The notes below the pieces were generated by a model. That model was not told where the DNA came from. It did no database searches and was given only the letters and a program-made list of their open reading frames with translations. The translations under genes were made by a program, and so were the position numbers. From a virus (Duplodnaviria > Caudoviricetes): a DNA stretch of 64,000 nt. Positions 46,275-56,975 of the stretch are shown here, in pieces. Every line of letters starts with the position of its first letter. Position 1 is the first letter of the stretch. The stretch is from positions 64,001-128,000 of IMG/VR virus record IMGVR_UViG_3300020048_003360. One strand, 5' to 3'.

Positions 46275-47987
46275 TTAAATTTGATAAACTGGCATTGCTG
46301 AAATACCTAATTGTAAATCATTATCAGGCATTCTCATTATGAACTTAATAAAGATAGTACTATTATTAGGTACAGCACCAGGTAAAGTTAATGTGGTGTT
46401 CCATGCTGTAATCGGAAACTCCACATCAACACCATCTACCACTAATGCAAACATATTTGGAACTGGTGGTACTAGTTCTGAGGCTAAATCAGTTAACGGT
46501 AATGTTTTGTAGTATAGTCTATCTAACCAATCCGCCAGTGAACTGGCCGCACTAGTTAAGTTTATACTCCATATAGCACTAGGAACACTACCTAGAGGTT
46601 GCTGTACCATTGTACTAATAGCAAAGTTATCATTACCAAATGGTGGTGTTTGATTTGGTGCAAATCCAATAGTCCAATTTGTAGTGCGAGCAGTGCCAGG
46701 TGCAACTAATGTAATATCTACCGACTGTACATGTTTATAATCACTAAATATCGCATTAACGTTTTGTAAATTCACAGAAACACCCAGCGTTTGTTTAATA
46801 CCGTAACCGACTGGATTAAATGGGATAGAGTTAGAGTTAAAACTCACGTATGGCGTAACGTCATATACATTAGATCTATCGAGAGTATACATATACCAAC
46901 GTATTTGATAACCAACTAATTCATTAACCCAAACTGGATATGGATATAATTTAATACTAAACGCGCCATTAGCTTTTAATGTAATGGCTCTATAGTTACT
47001 AGTTATGAAATTACCACCCAATTGATTTCCAATACTCTGAGCGCCATATACTACCTCATCTGAAGACAAGGTATATTTAAGTACTAAATTAAATTTTTGT
47101 CCGACAATAGTGGCTATGTATCCAGCAAAACCAAAAATAGAGAACTTACCACCATCCACAGGCATACGTAATTGTGAACCGTCACTATACGTAACTACAC
47201 CAATTAACATTAAACCATTAATTGGTACATTCAGTGGATACTGGATTAGTTTATTATCGTTTTGAGATAAGAATGGGGATTCTAATCTAATATCAATAAT
47301 ATACTTAATTGAATCATCTGTGTTTCTGATAAATGCTGTATTTTCTATTAGTAACTGTCGTTTAGAAACTACAATACCATTGGCTGAATAAAAAACAACA
47401 GTCACTACTTCACCATCTAATAAATCAGATACTGTATGGCAAACTGGTACTGTTTTAATAGCTAGGTTTAATCCATTATTAACACCCACTAGTTCTAATG
47501 GAATATTTTGACCTAACATATTTCCAGATTGATCATAAATAGCACTAATAGCCACAGCACTACCATCTAGGTGACTACCTTTATAAATAATTGCGCTATT
47601 TGCATTACTGCCAAATACTCTCAATCTAGCATCTACACATAAGGTATGTGGTAAAACTGATTTATTAATATAACAGCGATAGGTGTCACTTTGTGTACCA
47701 GGACCTACACCTAGTAGTTTATCTACACTACTAAAATTATCCTCAGGAATAACCTTTATTATTTCCAATGTAGGAACGAATGTAACTGGATTAATTGCAG
47801 TTACTGAATACCATTCATTAGTACTTAAGTCTATTACTCTATCATTTACATTCGGTACGTATCTATTAGCACCCACACTACCTGTATATATTTCTGCTAA
47901 TGACCATATCTGAAAACGACTATTTGGTGAATAAACTGGAACTTCACCATCTAGTCCAGTTATGTGGGAGAATGCAGTATTACTCAT
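46275..47987 (-). CDS. Virion structural protein (phiKZ gp26-like, baseplate)
   Basis: W...EIY.G..G..RYVPNV.D.V.D and GVGPG.QSDTYR.Y motifs; terminase-to-sheath block. Confidence 0.65.
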   Translation of the reverse strand: MSNTAFSHITGLDGEVPVYSPNSRFQIWSLAEIYTGSVGANRYVPNVNDRVIDLSTNEWYSVTAINPVTFVPTLEIIKVIPEDNFSSVDKLLGVGPGTQSDTYRCYINKSVLPHTLCVDARLRVFGSNANSAIIYKGSHLDGSAVAISAIYDQSGNMLGQNIPLELVGVNNGLNLAIKTVPVCHTVSDLLDGEVVTVVFYSANGIVVSKRQLLIENTAFIRNTDDSIKYIIDIRLESPFLSQNDNKLIQYPLNVPINGLMLIGVVTYSDGSQLRMPVDGGKFSIFGFAGYIATIVGQKFNLVLKYTLSSDEVVYGAQSIGNQLGGNFITSNYRAITLKANGAFSIKLYPYPVWVNELVGYQIRWYMYTLDRSNVYDVTPYVSFNSNSIPFNPVGYGIKQTLGVSVNLQNVNAIFSDYKHVQSVDITLVAPGTARTTNWTIGFAPNQTPPFGNDNFAISTMVQQPLGSVPSAIWSINLTSAASSLADWLDRLYYKTLPLTDLASELVPPVPNMFALVVDGVDVEFPITAWNTTLTLPGAVPNNSTIFIKFIMRMPDNDLQLGISAMPVYQI

Positions 47988-47999
47988 AACTTAGTTCCC

Positions 48000-50567
48000 T
48001 TAGGAAGTGACACTTACGAATTCTGATAATTGGATTAAATCAGGCATATAGATCTTAATTACACGACTAATAAACTTATACTGATATATATTAAGATCAA
48101 CTACATTTGGTAAGTTATGTGGGTGAATTTTAATATACGCATTAGTAGCTAATGTACTTATCTTTGTAGGATCAAACTTCAGTATACGTTCATAACTACT
48201 AACTAATTCCATAACTACTTCGTCAGTATAATGCTCCATTAATCTTGGATCATCTATATAACCTGCCTTTAAATCGTAGATGATCTTACAGCAAAATGGA
48301 CTATAAATGGTATATAGATTTTCAATTACGTTAGGTGTAGTTAAAATAGGTTCTGGTAAAAAATTAGTTAAATAATCCGATACTAATTTATCTATAGCTA
48401 ATGAATTACGTTTAGCTAGATAAGTATCTACAGTACCAACACCTCTTAACGGAACAATAACATCTCTAATAGAATACGGTATACCATTCTTTGGGTTGGG
48501 TATTGTTATGCCGTTATTATTCTCTGCAAAAAGTAATTCATCTCTAGAATAATATTGACCACCCACCACTATTCGTAGTACTTTATCGTCTCTAAGATTA
48601 AACTGACTATTATGAGATAGTAGTCCGTACTCTATAAAACCTCTATCTATAATAGAATCGCTCTTAAGGTCTGCATTACAAAATCCACTATATCTAACTG
48701 TAATTTTTTGTGGTTTTGTTAAAACATCTTTTAAGTAAATTTTATTTATAATTATTACTTCTGGGAAATTAAAAACATAATCAATACCTTCTATTAGACT
48801 ATATCCATTTAAGATTATGTCTAATTCTCCCATTGGTACTGTCATTTTCCAAACACTGCTTTTATTATCTCTAAGTTGTTTACTAGTGAGATCAAAACTA
48901 ACCAATCCATCATCAGCTATTAGAAATAAATCATATGCCAATATATGTTTATTACTACGCACTAGAGTGAGATATTGACTATCACTAACCAACCACATTA
49001 AAACATTGTCGACTATTTGATACTTATTAGTATTAGTTACGTCTACCCAAGCATAAGTGGGGTTACCATTAATAATTGGACAAATATAAAAACGATAGTC
49101 TGCGTCAGGATCCAAAATAATATCAGAACCAGAATAAACTTCATCTATATTCGTTGTGCCAATACCAGCAACCATTTCTACTAATCTACAATTAGAATTA
49201 TGTGGGTAGTATTTATTACCAAACTGATGTTGATGCCATTCTAGTAATAAACCTTCATCATCATATTCGTACATTATGGATAACTCTACTAAACCATCTG
49301 GCACATTAGCAATCGGTAGACCACTACTTAAGTCAGCGATAACTGGTGTATTACCTAATATTTTACTAATGGAGTTATACCCATATGCATTCTCTACTAA
49401 CTGGCGATTAATGCCAGCATAACTCGTACCCATTAACGTTAAATAAGTTGAACTTTCTAAAGTATCAGCTGTCCAATTATGAACTGTTGAGTTAGCACCA
49501 ATCATAGCGTTTACTAACTCAGTGTTTGGTAATTTATAAAGTTCATTAATACGGTTATTTTCTAGTATTAAGCTTCTATCGTATCCAGATTTACGAATAT
49601 GTAATCTTACCGTAAAATCATTTATACCAGTCCATTCTGAATTAGTAGCCATATAACCCACTAAATATGACACCACTAAAGAATAATCTCTATGCGTAAC
49701 CATACGTACTGAATCATTTGTATTTTTATGGTAATAAAGACCAATGTGTCTGTTATTAGTTAATGGCTTTATTATAAAAAAATCAACATCATCTAAATAA
49801 TGAATAGTGTCGACGTCATTATCCGTGTAGTGTATTAAATATTTACTTTTATTATCTAGCGAGCTAATAAAGGTAGGTAACTGACTTATTGGTAAATCAA
49901 TTACACGCTCAATAGAGCTATCGTAAACGTATTCCACTACATCACCAGGCACTACACTAATTAAATCTACTCCAGCTACCTTATAGCCGTTTACGAAAGC
50001 ATATGTAGTGCCAGCCAATACACTTAGTTCTTCAAATTTTGTTTGTAATTCTACTATTTCATTAGTAGTATTTAAAACACCACCTTTTACACTAATAAAG
50101 TCATTTAATGCATCTGATCGGTCTGATGCAAAATATGAATTACTATATGTTCTAATAAATATTGATTCTGTATTAAAATTAATATTTATTTTAGGTTGAG
50201 TTTTCACAGCCAGAATTAGATTTCCATCTGTCAGTATCATGTACCAAACATGTATACGGGGTAACTGTAAACCACTATTGGCGTAAATATCTACTATAGT
50301 TTTATTACTATTACAAGCAGAAGCTATTGTGAACCATATATTACGTGTTTTTGTTAATCCAAGTTGAATTGGATCAATATTTCCAATCTGATAGATATGG
50401 AATCTAACATTTCTTAATGGTAAATTTATTCTTCTGTTTAGAATATTAGCTGTATTTAAAACACCATCAAATGGTGAAATTTTAGCAGGTTCAATTATTA
50501 ACTGCCTATCCTGATCTGGCGTACACCAGACATTCTTAATAGCATGGTCTACTAAAAAATCACGCAT
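48000..50567 (-). CDS. Virion structural protein (phiKZ gp27-like)
   Basis: HA..NVWC.P.QD.Q, RM.TH.DY motifs; synteny. Confidence 0.65.
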   Translation of the reverse strand: MRDFLVDHAIKNVWCTPDQDRQLIIEPAKISPFDGVLNTANILNRRINLPLRNVRFHIYQIGNIDPIQLGLTKTRNIWFTIASACNSNKTIVDIYANSGLQLPRIHVWYMILTDGNLILAVKTQPKININFNTESIFIRTYSNSYFASDRSDALNDFISVKGGVLNTTNEIVELQTKFEELSVLAGTTYAFVNGYKVAGVDLISVVPGDVVEYVYDSSIERVIDLPISQLPTFISSLDNKSKYLIHYTDNDVDTIHYLDDVDFFIIKPLTNNRHIGLYYHKNTNDSVRMVTHRDYSLVVSYLVGYMATNSEWTGINDFTVRLHIRKSGYDRSLILENNRINELYKLPNTELVNAMIGANSTVHNWTADTLESSTYLTLMGTSYAGINRQLVENAYGYNSISKILGNTPVIADLSSGLPIANVPDGLVELSIMYEYDDEGLLLEWHQHQFGNKYYPHNSNCRLVEMVAGIGTTNIDEVYSGSDIILDPDADYRFYICPIINGNPTYAWVDVTNTNKYQIVDNVLMWLVSDSQYLTLVRSNKHILAYDLFLIADDGLVSFDLTSKQLRDNKSSVWKMTVPMGELDIILNGYSLIEGIDYVFNFPEVIIINKIYLKDVLTKPQKITVRYSGFCNADLKSDSIIDRGFIEYGLLSHNSQFNLRDDKVLRIVVGGQYYSRDELLFAENNNGITIPNPKNGIPYSIRDVIVPLRGVGTVDTYLAKRNSLAIDKLVSDYLTNFLPEPILTTPNVIENLYTIYSPFCCKIIYDLKAGYIDDPRLMEHYTDEVVMELVSSYERILKFDPTKISTLATNAYIKIHPHNLPNVVDLNIYQYKFISRVIKIYMPDLIQLSEFVSVTS

Positions 50568-50573
50568 TATTTA

Positions 50574-51473
50574 TTACTCCTTAATTAGATTCAGCGTAGC
50601 TCTTAAAAAATCATCGCCTAATTTACGATAACTATTGCGTTCCGTGATTTTAACAATCTGTGAGTTCTTATATGTACGTTCACTAAATGCAGCTACAAGA
50701 ATAGACACCCATGTAGGTGGATGCTCAACTGCAACAGCAATGTTTTCTTTAGCGTTTGTACCAAACCACGTACCACCCAACAACATATATAGAATTCCTG
50801 GATTTAATTCACGTAGTCGCACACTCTCGGTTGCTTCTTCTGCTTTAGCACAAAAATCAGCAACATTATTTACTACTGATATTTTATCTAGGATAGTAAT
50901 TACATCCTGAGCAGATGCGTGTAAAGCACGAGTCAGTGTGTTAATAATGCGTAACTTATCACGCTCATCTAAACCCACTGTATCCGTAAATTGTGAGTTA
51001 TAAAAAATTGCAGCTAAGATTCCTAAGTCAAATTGTTCTTTTGGATTTAAACCATATCTTCTACCAACAGATTCACTAATCCAACTAGCATAAATAGCCA
51101 TCGGAATATGTGAAATATTACGAAACGATCTAGATGCATCATCTATCCAGACAGAATTTAACTTAGCTCTAATTAAAGCTAGTGTGTGGTCAGGCTTATT
51201 CTGAACCTTAAAAGTTCCATCAACATTATCGTATTTTCCAAAACTACGCACATCTAAAAATAAATTATCTTTATTTTCAATATTCATTAATAATGGATGT
51301 GCGAATGACGGAACATCATTCGCTGCGGCATTACCACCATGTAAAAGATAAATATTATAGTTATCTATTTTTTCAATATCTCTATTGATAAACGCTATTT
51401 TTAATGTAGCGGTAGTACTATCTAATCTATAGCCGCTACATGCTGTAGTGTCGTATGCTGTTTTAAAAAACAT
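50574..51473 (-). CDS. Virion structural protein (phiKZ gp28-like)
   Basis: MF.TAYDTTAC..Y, WFG.NA.E..AVA.EHPPTW motifs. Confidence 0.65.
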   Translation of the reverse strand: MFFKTAYDTTACSGYRLDSTTATLKIAFINRDIEKIDNYNIYLLHGGNAAANDVPSFAHPLLMNIENKDNLFLDVRSFGKYDNVDGTFKVQNKPDHTLALIRAKLNSVWIDDASRSFRNISHIPMAIYASWISESVGRRYGLNPKEQFDLGILAAIFYNSQFTDTVGLDERDKLRIINTLTRALHASAQDVITILDKISVVNNVADFCAKAEEATESVRLRELNPGILYMLLGGTWFGTNAKENIAVAVEHPPTWVSILVAAFSERTYKNSQIVKITERNSYRKLGDDFLRATLNLIKE

Positions 51474-51754
51474 TTTGTATCCTTAAAATATAAATACTGT
51501 GAATGTATTGATACCATATATTCATTCTATGATTCATCAATAATCAACCATAATCAAATATCGTAGATTATCCTATTACTAATACTTATGAATCACCGTC
51601 TCAACATACAATCGTCTTTTTTTAGTCATATAATTTCATCGTAAGTTATATGGTGCATTATAGTTAGTTATAGTGCATACCAAGCATAAAGACTAGTAGT
51701 AAAAAACTCTATGTATAGAGATACCGTAATTTAACATCGTTATTGGAAAAAAAC

Positions 51755-54058
51755 ATGTCAGCTACTATTGTTAATGCAGCACCAATGTCAATCATGCTTG
51801 GTACACAAGACTTAAGTACACGGACTCTACCGTCCGTACCTGAAGTTTTACCAACGCACTTACCAAAGATTTATCTTTATGCCGAAAAAGGTCCTATTAC
51901 CCCGCAACTATTGAGTGGTAGTGAATTGGTTGCTATGTATGGAGCCAATACATTTGATCTACGTAAACAGTATGCCACCCATGCAACTGTCTTAGCTAAC
52001 CTGATTAATGCTCAGGGTAATGCTATTATGACCCAGCGCGTACAGCCTGCCGATGCATCAGCACCAGCATCTATTACGCTCTATCTTGATGTTCTACCCA
52101 CTAAGATTCCAGTTTATGAACGGAATCAGGATGGTACACATAAAGTAGATGTGGATAATAATCCAATTCCAGTTACCCCTGCAGAAACTGTAGATGGTTA
52201 TAGCGTTATGTGGGTTGTTAAGAGCGTTGCTGTGGATGCTCAAGGTAATAGTCAGTTTGGTATGGCAAATACCAAACCAGGTATTCAAGTTAATCCAATT
52301 ACTAGTGGACAGTCTACCCAATACCCAATTATGGATTTGGTAGTTTCTAATTTTGGTGAGTTTGGTAATAATATTGGTTTGCGTATGTGGGCACCTACTG
52401 CCAAATCATCCTCACCGATTAATCCAGCACTAATCAGCAGCGCACAGTGTTACCCCTTCCGTTTAGCATGTGTAAGTCGTCCTGATCCAGCTACTACACC
52501 CAGCATTGTTTCTAACCTAAATAATGAACAATTCGTTAACGTTGTTTTTAAAGCTAACGTTATCGATATGTCTACAGATACATTGGTTAGTATCAACGAC
52601 GTTTTCATTCCTTCGTATGAAGCACTAAATGTTCCTGGATACGCTCCTAAGTATGGTCCTTTTGGAAAACTACATACTTATGACTTTTATATCGACATGT
52701 TATTGAAGCAGTTCTATACTGCTGAATTACCATATGCTAATGGTTTTTCTGATATCGTCGGTATTGCTGGTGAAGAATACGTTTTCAATATGATTTCTGG
52801 TGTAGCCTCTAGCGGCGCACCATATACGACTTTTACTGTTGCTAGTAGCGGCGTCGATACCGTTTACTTAACTGAAAACACCACTATTTATGCAAATGGT
52901 GGTTCAGACGGCACAATGGGTGAAGATGCAGTACTTAGTGTTGCTATTGTCACTGGTTCTATTGCTAATGATGAGCTCACGATCACTGGTGGCGATACCA
53001 CTAAATTAGCTCCAGGTCAGTTCCTTAGTGGTGCTGGTGTTGAAGAAGGTACTCGACTAGTGTCTGGTTCTGGTAATGATTGGATTGTTAGTGAGAGTCA
53101 ATTAACGTCATCTACAGCCATTTCTATTACTGTACCTGGTTTTGCGTCATTGGTAGCTACTGAAATTGCAGAATATGGCAATATTAATAGCCCACTACAA
53201 GATAGTGCTACTTATCCAGAATCAATCTTTTATGACTCTGGCTTCCCACTCTCTACCAAGTATGCATTAGCTAACTTTATCGCTATTCGTAAAGACACTG
53301 CTGTTGTGATCTCTTGTCACGATGTCAATCTACGCACACTTACAGCTACTGAAGAATCCTCACTAGCTATCGCACTACGTACTCGTCTACAGATGTTCCC
53401 AGAATCTGAATTCTTCGGTACTGCCACAATGCGTGCGATGATTGTTGGTCGTTCTGGTAAACTACTTAATAGTCAGTATGGTAAACATCTTCCATTGACC
53501 ATTGAAATTGCTACTAAAGCAGCTAAATACATGGGTGCTGGTAATGGTGTTTGGAAAGCTGGTTTTGCTTTTGATAGCGCACCTAATAATCAAGTCTTAA
53601 TGTTTAGTGATGTAAATGTTACTTTCACACCAGCATCAGTCCGTAATAAGGATTGGGCAAATGGTTTAGTTTGGGTTGATGCGTTTGATCGCCGTAGCCT
53701 ATACTTCCCAGCATTGAAAACTGTTTATGATAACGATACTTCAGTTCTTAATAGCTTCTTCACTATGATGGCTATCGTTGAGCTTGAAAAAGTTGGTGAA
53801 CGTGCACGTAGAGAATTTTCTGGTATTGCTAGCCTAACTAATGCACAGTTGATTTCTCAAGTTAATAATTTTGTAAATCAACGTACTCAAGGTCGTTTTG
53901 ATGGTCGCTTTATTATCAGACCAAACACCTTCTTTACTGCTGCTGATATTAGTCGTGGTTATTCTTGGACGTTACAGTTGCAAATCTTTGCACCTAACCT
54001 CAAGACAGTTGCTACTATCTCTGTTCAAGCATATCGCATTAGTGACTTGGAAGGCTAA
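51755..54058 (+). CDS. Contractile tail sheath protein (phiKZ gp29-like) with an inserted domain
   Basis: NAAP...LG.QDLS, P.HLP..Y, YDSGFPL.TK, SVR.KDW..GL motifs; ATG at 51755 preferred over TTG at 51743. Confidence 0.9.
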   Translation: MSATIVNAAPMSIMLGTQDLSTRTLPSVPEVLPTHLPKIYLYAEKGPITPQLLSGSELVAMYGANTFDLRKQYATHATVLANLINAQGNAIMTQRVQPADASAPASITLYLDVLPTKIPVYERNQDGTHKVDVDNNPIPVTPAETVDGYSVMWVVKSVAVDAQGNSQFGMANTKPGIQVNPITSGQSTQYPIMDLVVSNFGEFGNNIGLRMWAPTAKSSSPINPALISSAQCYPFRLACVSRPDPATTPSIVSNLNNEQFVNVVFKANVIDMSTDTLVSINDVFIPSYEALNVPGYAPKYGPFGKLHTYDFYIDMLLKQFYTAELPYANGFSDIVGIAGEEYVFNMISGVASSGAPYTTFTVASSGVDTVYLTENTTIYANGGSDGTMGEDAVLSVAIVTGSIANDELTITGGDTTKLAPGQFLSGAGVEEGTRLVSGSGNDWIVSESQLTSSTAISITVPGFASLVATEIAEYGNINSPLQDSATYPESIFYDSGFPLSTKYALANFIAIRKDTAVVISCHDVNLRTLTATEESSLAIALRTRLQMFPESEFFGTATMRAMIVGRSGKLLNSQYGKHLPLTIEIATKAAKYMGAGNGVWKAGFAFDSAPNNQVLMFSDVNVTFTPASVRNKDWANGLVWVDAFDRRSLYFPALKTVYDNDTSVLNSFFTMMAIVELEKVGERARREFSGIASLTNAQLISQVNNFVNQRTQGRFDGRFIIRPNTFFTAADISRGYSWTLQLQIFAPNLKTVATISVQAYRISDLEG

Positions 54059-54060
54059 TA

Positions 54061-54096
54061 TTGAGTCGTACATAATTAACCTTATGTACGACTCAA
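54061..54096 (+). promoter_or_regulatory. Hairpin between sheath and tube genes
   Basis: 15-bp stem ttgagtcgtacataa/ttatgtacgactcaa; no U-run, so a stabiliser or processing site is possible. Confidence 0.55.
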
Positions 54097-54144
54097 CACC
54101 TAGCAACTAACACTATTTAGAACCATCGTTTAAGGATCACTAAT

Positions 54145-55098
54145 ATGTCACGTTTAACCTCAGCACTAATTAATTTAACACCCGCTACAGCTGGAGACCT
54201 AACTGCGGGTCGCAATGCTCCAATGCTGGATCTAACTTATGGCGGAATGATGGGGTTTACCCCAGAACTAGCCGAATGGGTTAGTAATCAAACTTATGTA
54301 CGTAAGAATGTAATCTGTATTCTTATTGAAGCACCTACTGGTTTTCAAAGACTACCTAATGCAGCAGTTTGGGTACAAACACTACGTTCTCTAGTAGAGC
54401 TACATGCACTGTCTATTGATGGTCTAAATGCTGGTCTAGAAGTTGAGTTTGCTTCTAATCCAGTTGGTGGCGCTGGTCAGGTTCAGGAAGACTTTACTGA
54501 TGTAAAAGAAACTCTTTCTAACGTTACTTTCCGTTGGAATGAAAAATATGGTATGCCAGTAGCAAACTTCTTCAGAGGTTGGATTACAAACCTAATGATG
54601 GATCCAAATAGTAAAGTAGCTAATATGTTTACTATTGCTGCTGGAAGCGGTCCTACTGATCAACTATCGGATGTTACTTCAGCAACCATGTTATTCTTAG
54701 AACCAGATCCTACCTATACTAAGGTAGTTAAGTCATGGCTAATTACCAATATGATGCCTAAGAGTACCGGTGAAATCACTGGTAAACGTGATTTAACTCA
54801 GGCAGCTGAGGCAGTTACGTACGATATTCAATTTACCGGTATTACTCAGTTTGGTAATGGTGTAGATTTGTTTGCTCAGTCAATTCTTGAGACTATCTCT
54901 ATCACTGGCGCTAACCCACTAAATCGTCCGGCATTTGTTAAGGCATATACCACACAAAATGCCAATGCCACTACTAACACACCTCCAGCTGATGCCAGTG
55001 TTGGTGGTAATTACGGCGATGTCAATGTCAATGCTGCGACAAAGAACTACGCTAGTGACGTAGTGTCAGACATTGCTACTTCTGCAATTAGTGTTTAA
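54145..55098 (+). CDS. Tail tube protein (phiKZ gp30-like)
   Basis: NQ.YVR.N.IC.L.EAP.GF, EKYG.P, LFLEPD.T...VVK.WL.TNM.P motifs; follows the sheath. Confidence 0.88.
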   Translation: MSRLTSALINLTPATAGDLTAGRNAPMLDLTYGGMMGFTPELAEWVSNQTYVRKNVICILIEAPTGFQRLPNAAVWVQTLRSLVELHALSIDGLNAGLEVEFASNPVGGAGQVQEDFTDVKETLSNVTFRWNEKYGMPVANFFRGWITNLMMDPNSKVANMFTIAAGSGPTDQLSDVTSATMLFLEPDPTYTKVVKSWLITNMMPKSTGEITGKRDLTQAAEAVTYDIQFTGITQFGNGVDLFAQSILETISITGANPLNRPAFVKAYTTQNANATTNTPPADASVGGNYGDVNVNAATKNYASDVVSDIATSAISV

Positions 55099-55120
55099 AT
55101 AAAAAAAAAAATAGCATACT

Positions 55121-55157
55121 GACTAGTGTATCCTAAATTACTTAGGATACACTAGTC
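55121..55157. terminator. Bidirectional hairpin
   Basis: 16-bp stem gactagtgtatcctaa/ttaggatacactagtc. Confidence 0.7.
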
Positions 55158-55170
55158 CTTATGTCGTCTA

Positions 55171-55635
55171 TTACTGTTTATCAAGTATAACTAAAGTGTG
55201 ATCTTCGTCTTTTAGTTCTTCATCAATTATTTTCTCTATAATATCCCAGTCACCACCACCATATCCAGCACCAATTTTTGGATATGCTATCTTAAGTCCA
55301 GTAAATTCTCTTTTAACTATCTTCATAATCGATCTAACTGCAGCATAGTCTACATATTGCAAGTTATCTTTACCATAGTTATACTGCGTATAGGCATTTA
55401 CTATAACGACTGGTTTAGGCAGTCCAATAGAAACCTCCACATAGGTTAAACCACCTAACTTACCATGATCGCCTGGTTTTGTTTCCTTATCTGCTAGTTC
55501 TGCATCCATAAATGCTTTACGTACTTCTTTAGCTATACCCGCACCCATAGTGCAGAAACAATTACAACCATGCACTAATACATCTATTTCACCATTTAGT
55601 GCCAATTTTATAATATCGCCATTCACTACTTTCAT
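55171..55635 (-). CDS. Macro domain (ADP-ribose binding/hydrolase) protein
   Basis: GDII, VHGCNCFCTMGAGIA, VNAYTQ, PKIGAGYGGGDW motifs. Confidence 0.9.
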   Translation of the reverse strand: MKVVNGDIIKLALNGEIDVLVHGCNCFCTMGAGIAKEVRKAFMDAELADKETKPGDHGKLGGLTYVEVSIGLPKPVVIVNAYTQYNYGKDNLQYVDYAAVRSIMKIVKREFTGLKIAYPKIGAGYGGGDWDIIEKIIDEELKDEDHTLVILDKQ

Positions 55636-55707
55636 TTTAATATTCCTCTACTAATTTATGATTTTAAATGCGGCATAAAAAATAAACCACTATTTTTATA
55701 TAGTGGC

Positions 55708-56070
55708 TTAAAGTTCACCTTTCTGCACCACACTATAACCTACACTATTAAGATATTTTTCCATTAGAATTTTAAATACGTGCCTATGACAGTATTTACC
55801 AGCACCACAATAACAAGCTAATGCTACTTGTGGTTTATTTTTTAACGTACTCCATATATCTGGATATAAAGAAAAAGATGACCTCATCCTTTCGATATAT
55901 TTTTGTTCGTAATATGCTTCTGTTATTAGATTAGCTTTATAATCCATAACTAATTTATAATCTGGAGCAAAGGCCTTAATACCACTTTTTGCTGTAATAT
56001 CTAAAAGTGGTATTTGTAATCTTTCTGCCTCTCTCCATCGAGATAATGAAGTAGTCCATATCTCTATCAT
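55708..56070 (-). CDS. DUF488-like protein
   Basis: DITAKSG..AFAP.Y, Y...Y...M, LACYC..G.YCHRH. Confidence 0.7.
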   Translation of the reverse strand: MIEIWTTSLSRWREAERLQIPLLDITAKSGIKAFAPDYKLVMDYKANLITEAYYEQKYIERMRSSFSLYPDIWSTLKNKPQVALACYCGAGKYCHRHVFKILMEKYLNSVGYSVVQKGEL

Positions 56071-56084
56071 TATTAAAGACTCTA

Positions 56085-56396
56085 TTAACGAGCCAGACGG
56101 GTCATAAGGCGGTCTAATACCTCTTGCTTAACCCTACCTATAGGTTTGAGCTTAGCAGCGTCAATACTGGCCTCCCAACGCATCCCACCATCTTCAGATA
56201 CAACTACGAGTGGAGATAAAGAGATTACCACACCAAACGTGTATTCATAAGTACTATTTATGAATTTTATATATAGTGTATTTTTTGGAAATGCTACAGG
56301 TCTAGCAAATGGATCAAGTGGCGTAACGATAGAACCTACTTCTAATACTGGTTCTACATCATCATCACCCATTGCCATGATATCGATAATAGCCAT
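56085..56396 (-). CDS. Hypothetical protein, 103 aa
   Basis: AGGAG RBS. Confidence 0.6.
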   Translation of the reverse strand: MAIIDIMAMGDDDVEPVLEVGSIVTPLDPFARPVAFPKNTLYIKFINSTYEYTFGVVISLSPLVVVSEDGGMRWEASIDAAKLKPIGRVKQEVLDRLMTRLAR

Positions 56397-56457
56397 ACAT
56401 ATACTCCTATTGGTTAGATGTGGACTTAGTCTATATTAGACTAAGTCCACATATAAA

Positions 56458-56958
56458 TTACTTCCCGAACGCGGCGGTAGCCTGTTCTGACAAAAGCTCT
56501 TTGATCTTTTTGAGATCGCCGCGCTTACCTACCCCGTAAATATCCATCTTGACACTTGTGGTGCCAAATGATGAACGAGTAGTGTTCGTACCATCTTCTT
56601 CACGAAACGGAACCTGACGACTACGTTCCATCTCCAGTTCCAACTTATCCTTACCAATCATTGGAACCACAAGAGAAACTTTCTCCAGTTCTTTTTGCTT
56701 GGTAAACACTGGAATAGCTGCCTCACCTAGCGCATACAGTGATGCAGCCGCAAACTCCATATTATAAGTCTGCAGGCGTTTGGCGACATCCTCATTCAGG
56801 TCGACTGGCATGAGCTTGACATATGTATCATCAGGCACTGCTGCAATACCAGTTGTCTTTTCCATGGTAAGGGATTGTGAAACCCGATCAGCCAGGTCCA
56901 TTACTTCTTGGCTGATAGGGGTGTGTTTTACTACTGGGGCATCTACTTTTATGGTCAT
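56458..56958 (-). CDS. Hypothetical, probably highly expressed early protein, 166 aa
   Basis: GAGGA RBS, GC-richer codons like chmA, followed by a 16-bp hairpin (56418-56452). Confidence 0.65.
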   Translation of the reverse strand: MTIKVDAPVVKHTPISQEVMDLADRVSQSLTMEKTTGIAAVPDDTYVKLMPVDLNEDVAKRLQTYNMEFAAASLYALGEAAIPVFTKQKELEKVSLVVPMIGKDKLELEMERSRQVPFREEDGTNTTRSSFGTTSVKMDIYGVGKRGDLKKIKELLSEQATAAFGK

Positions 56959-56975
56959 GTTTCTTTCCTCATTAA

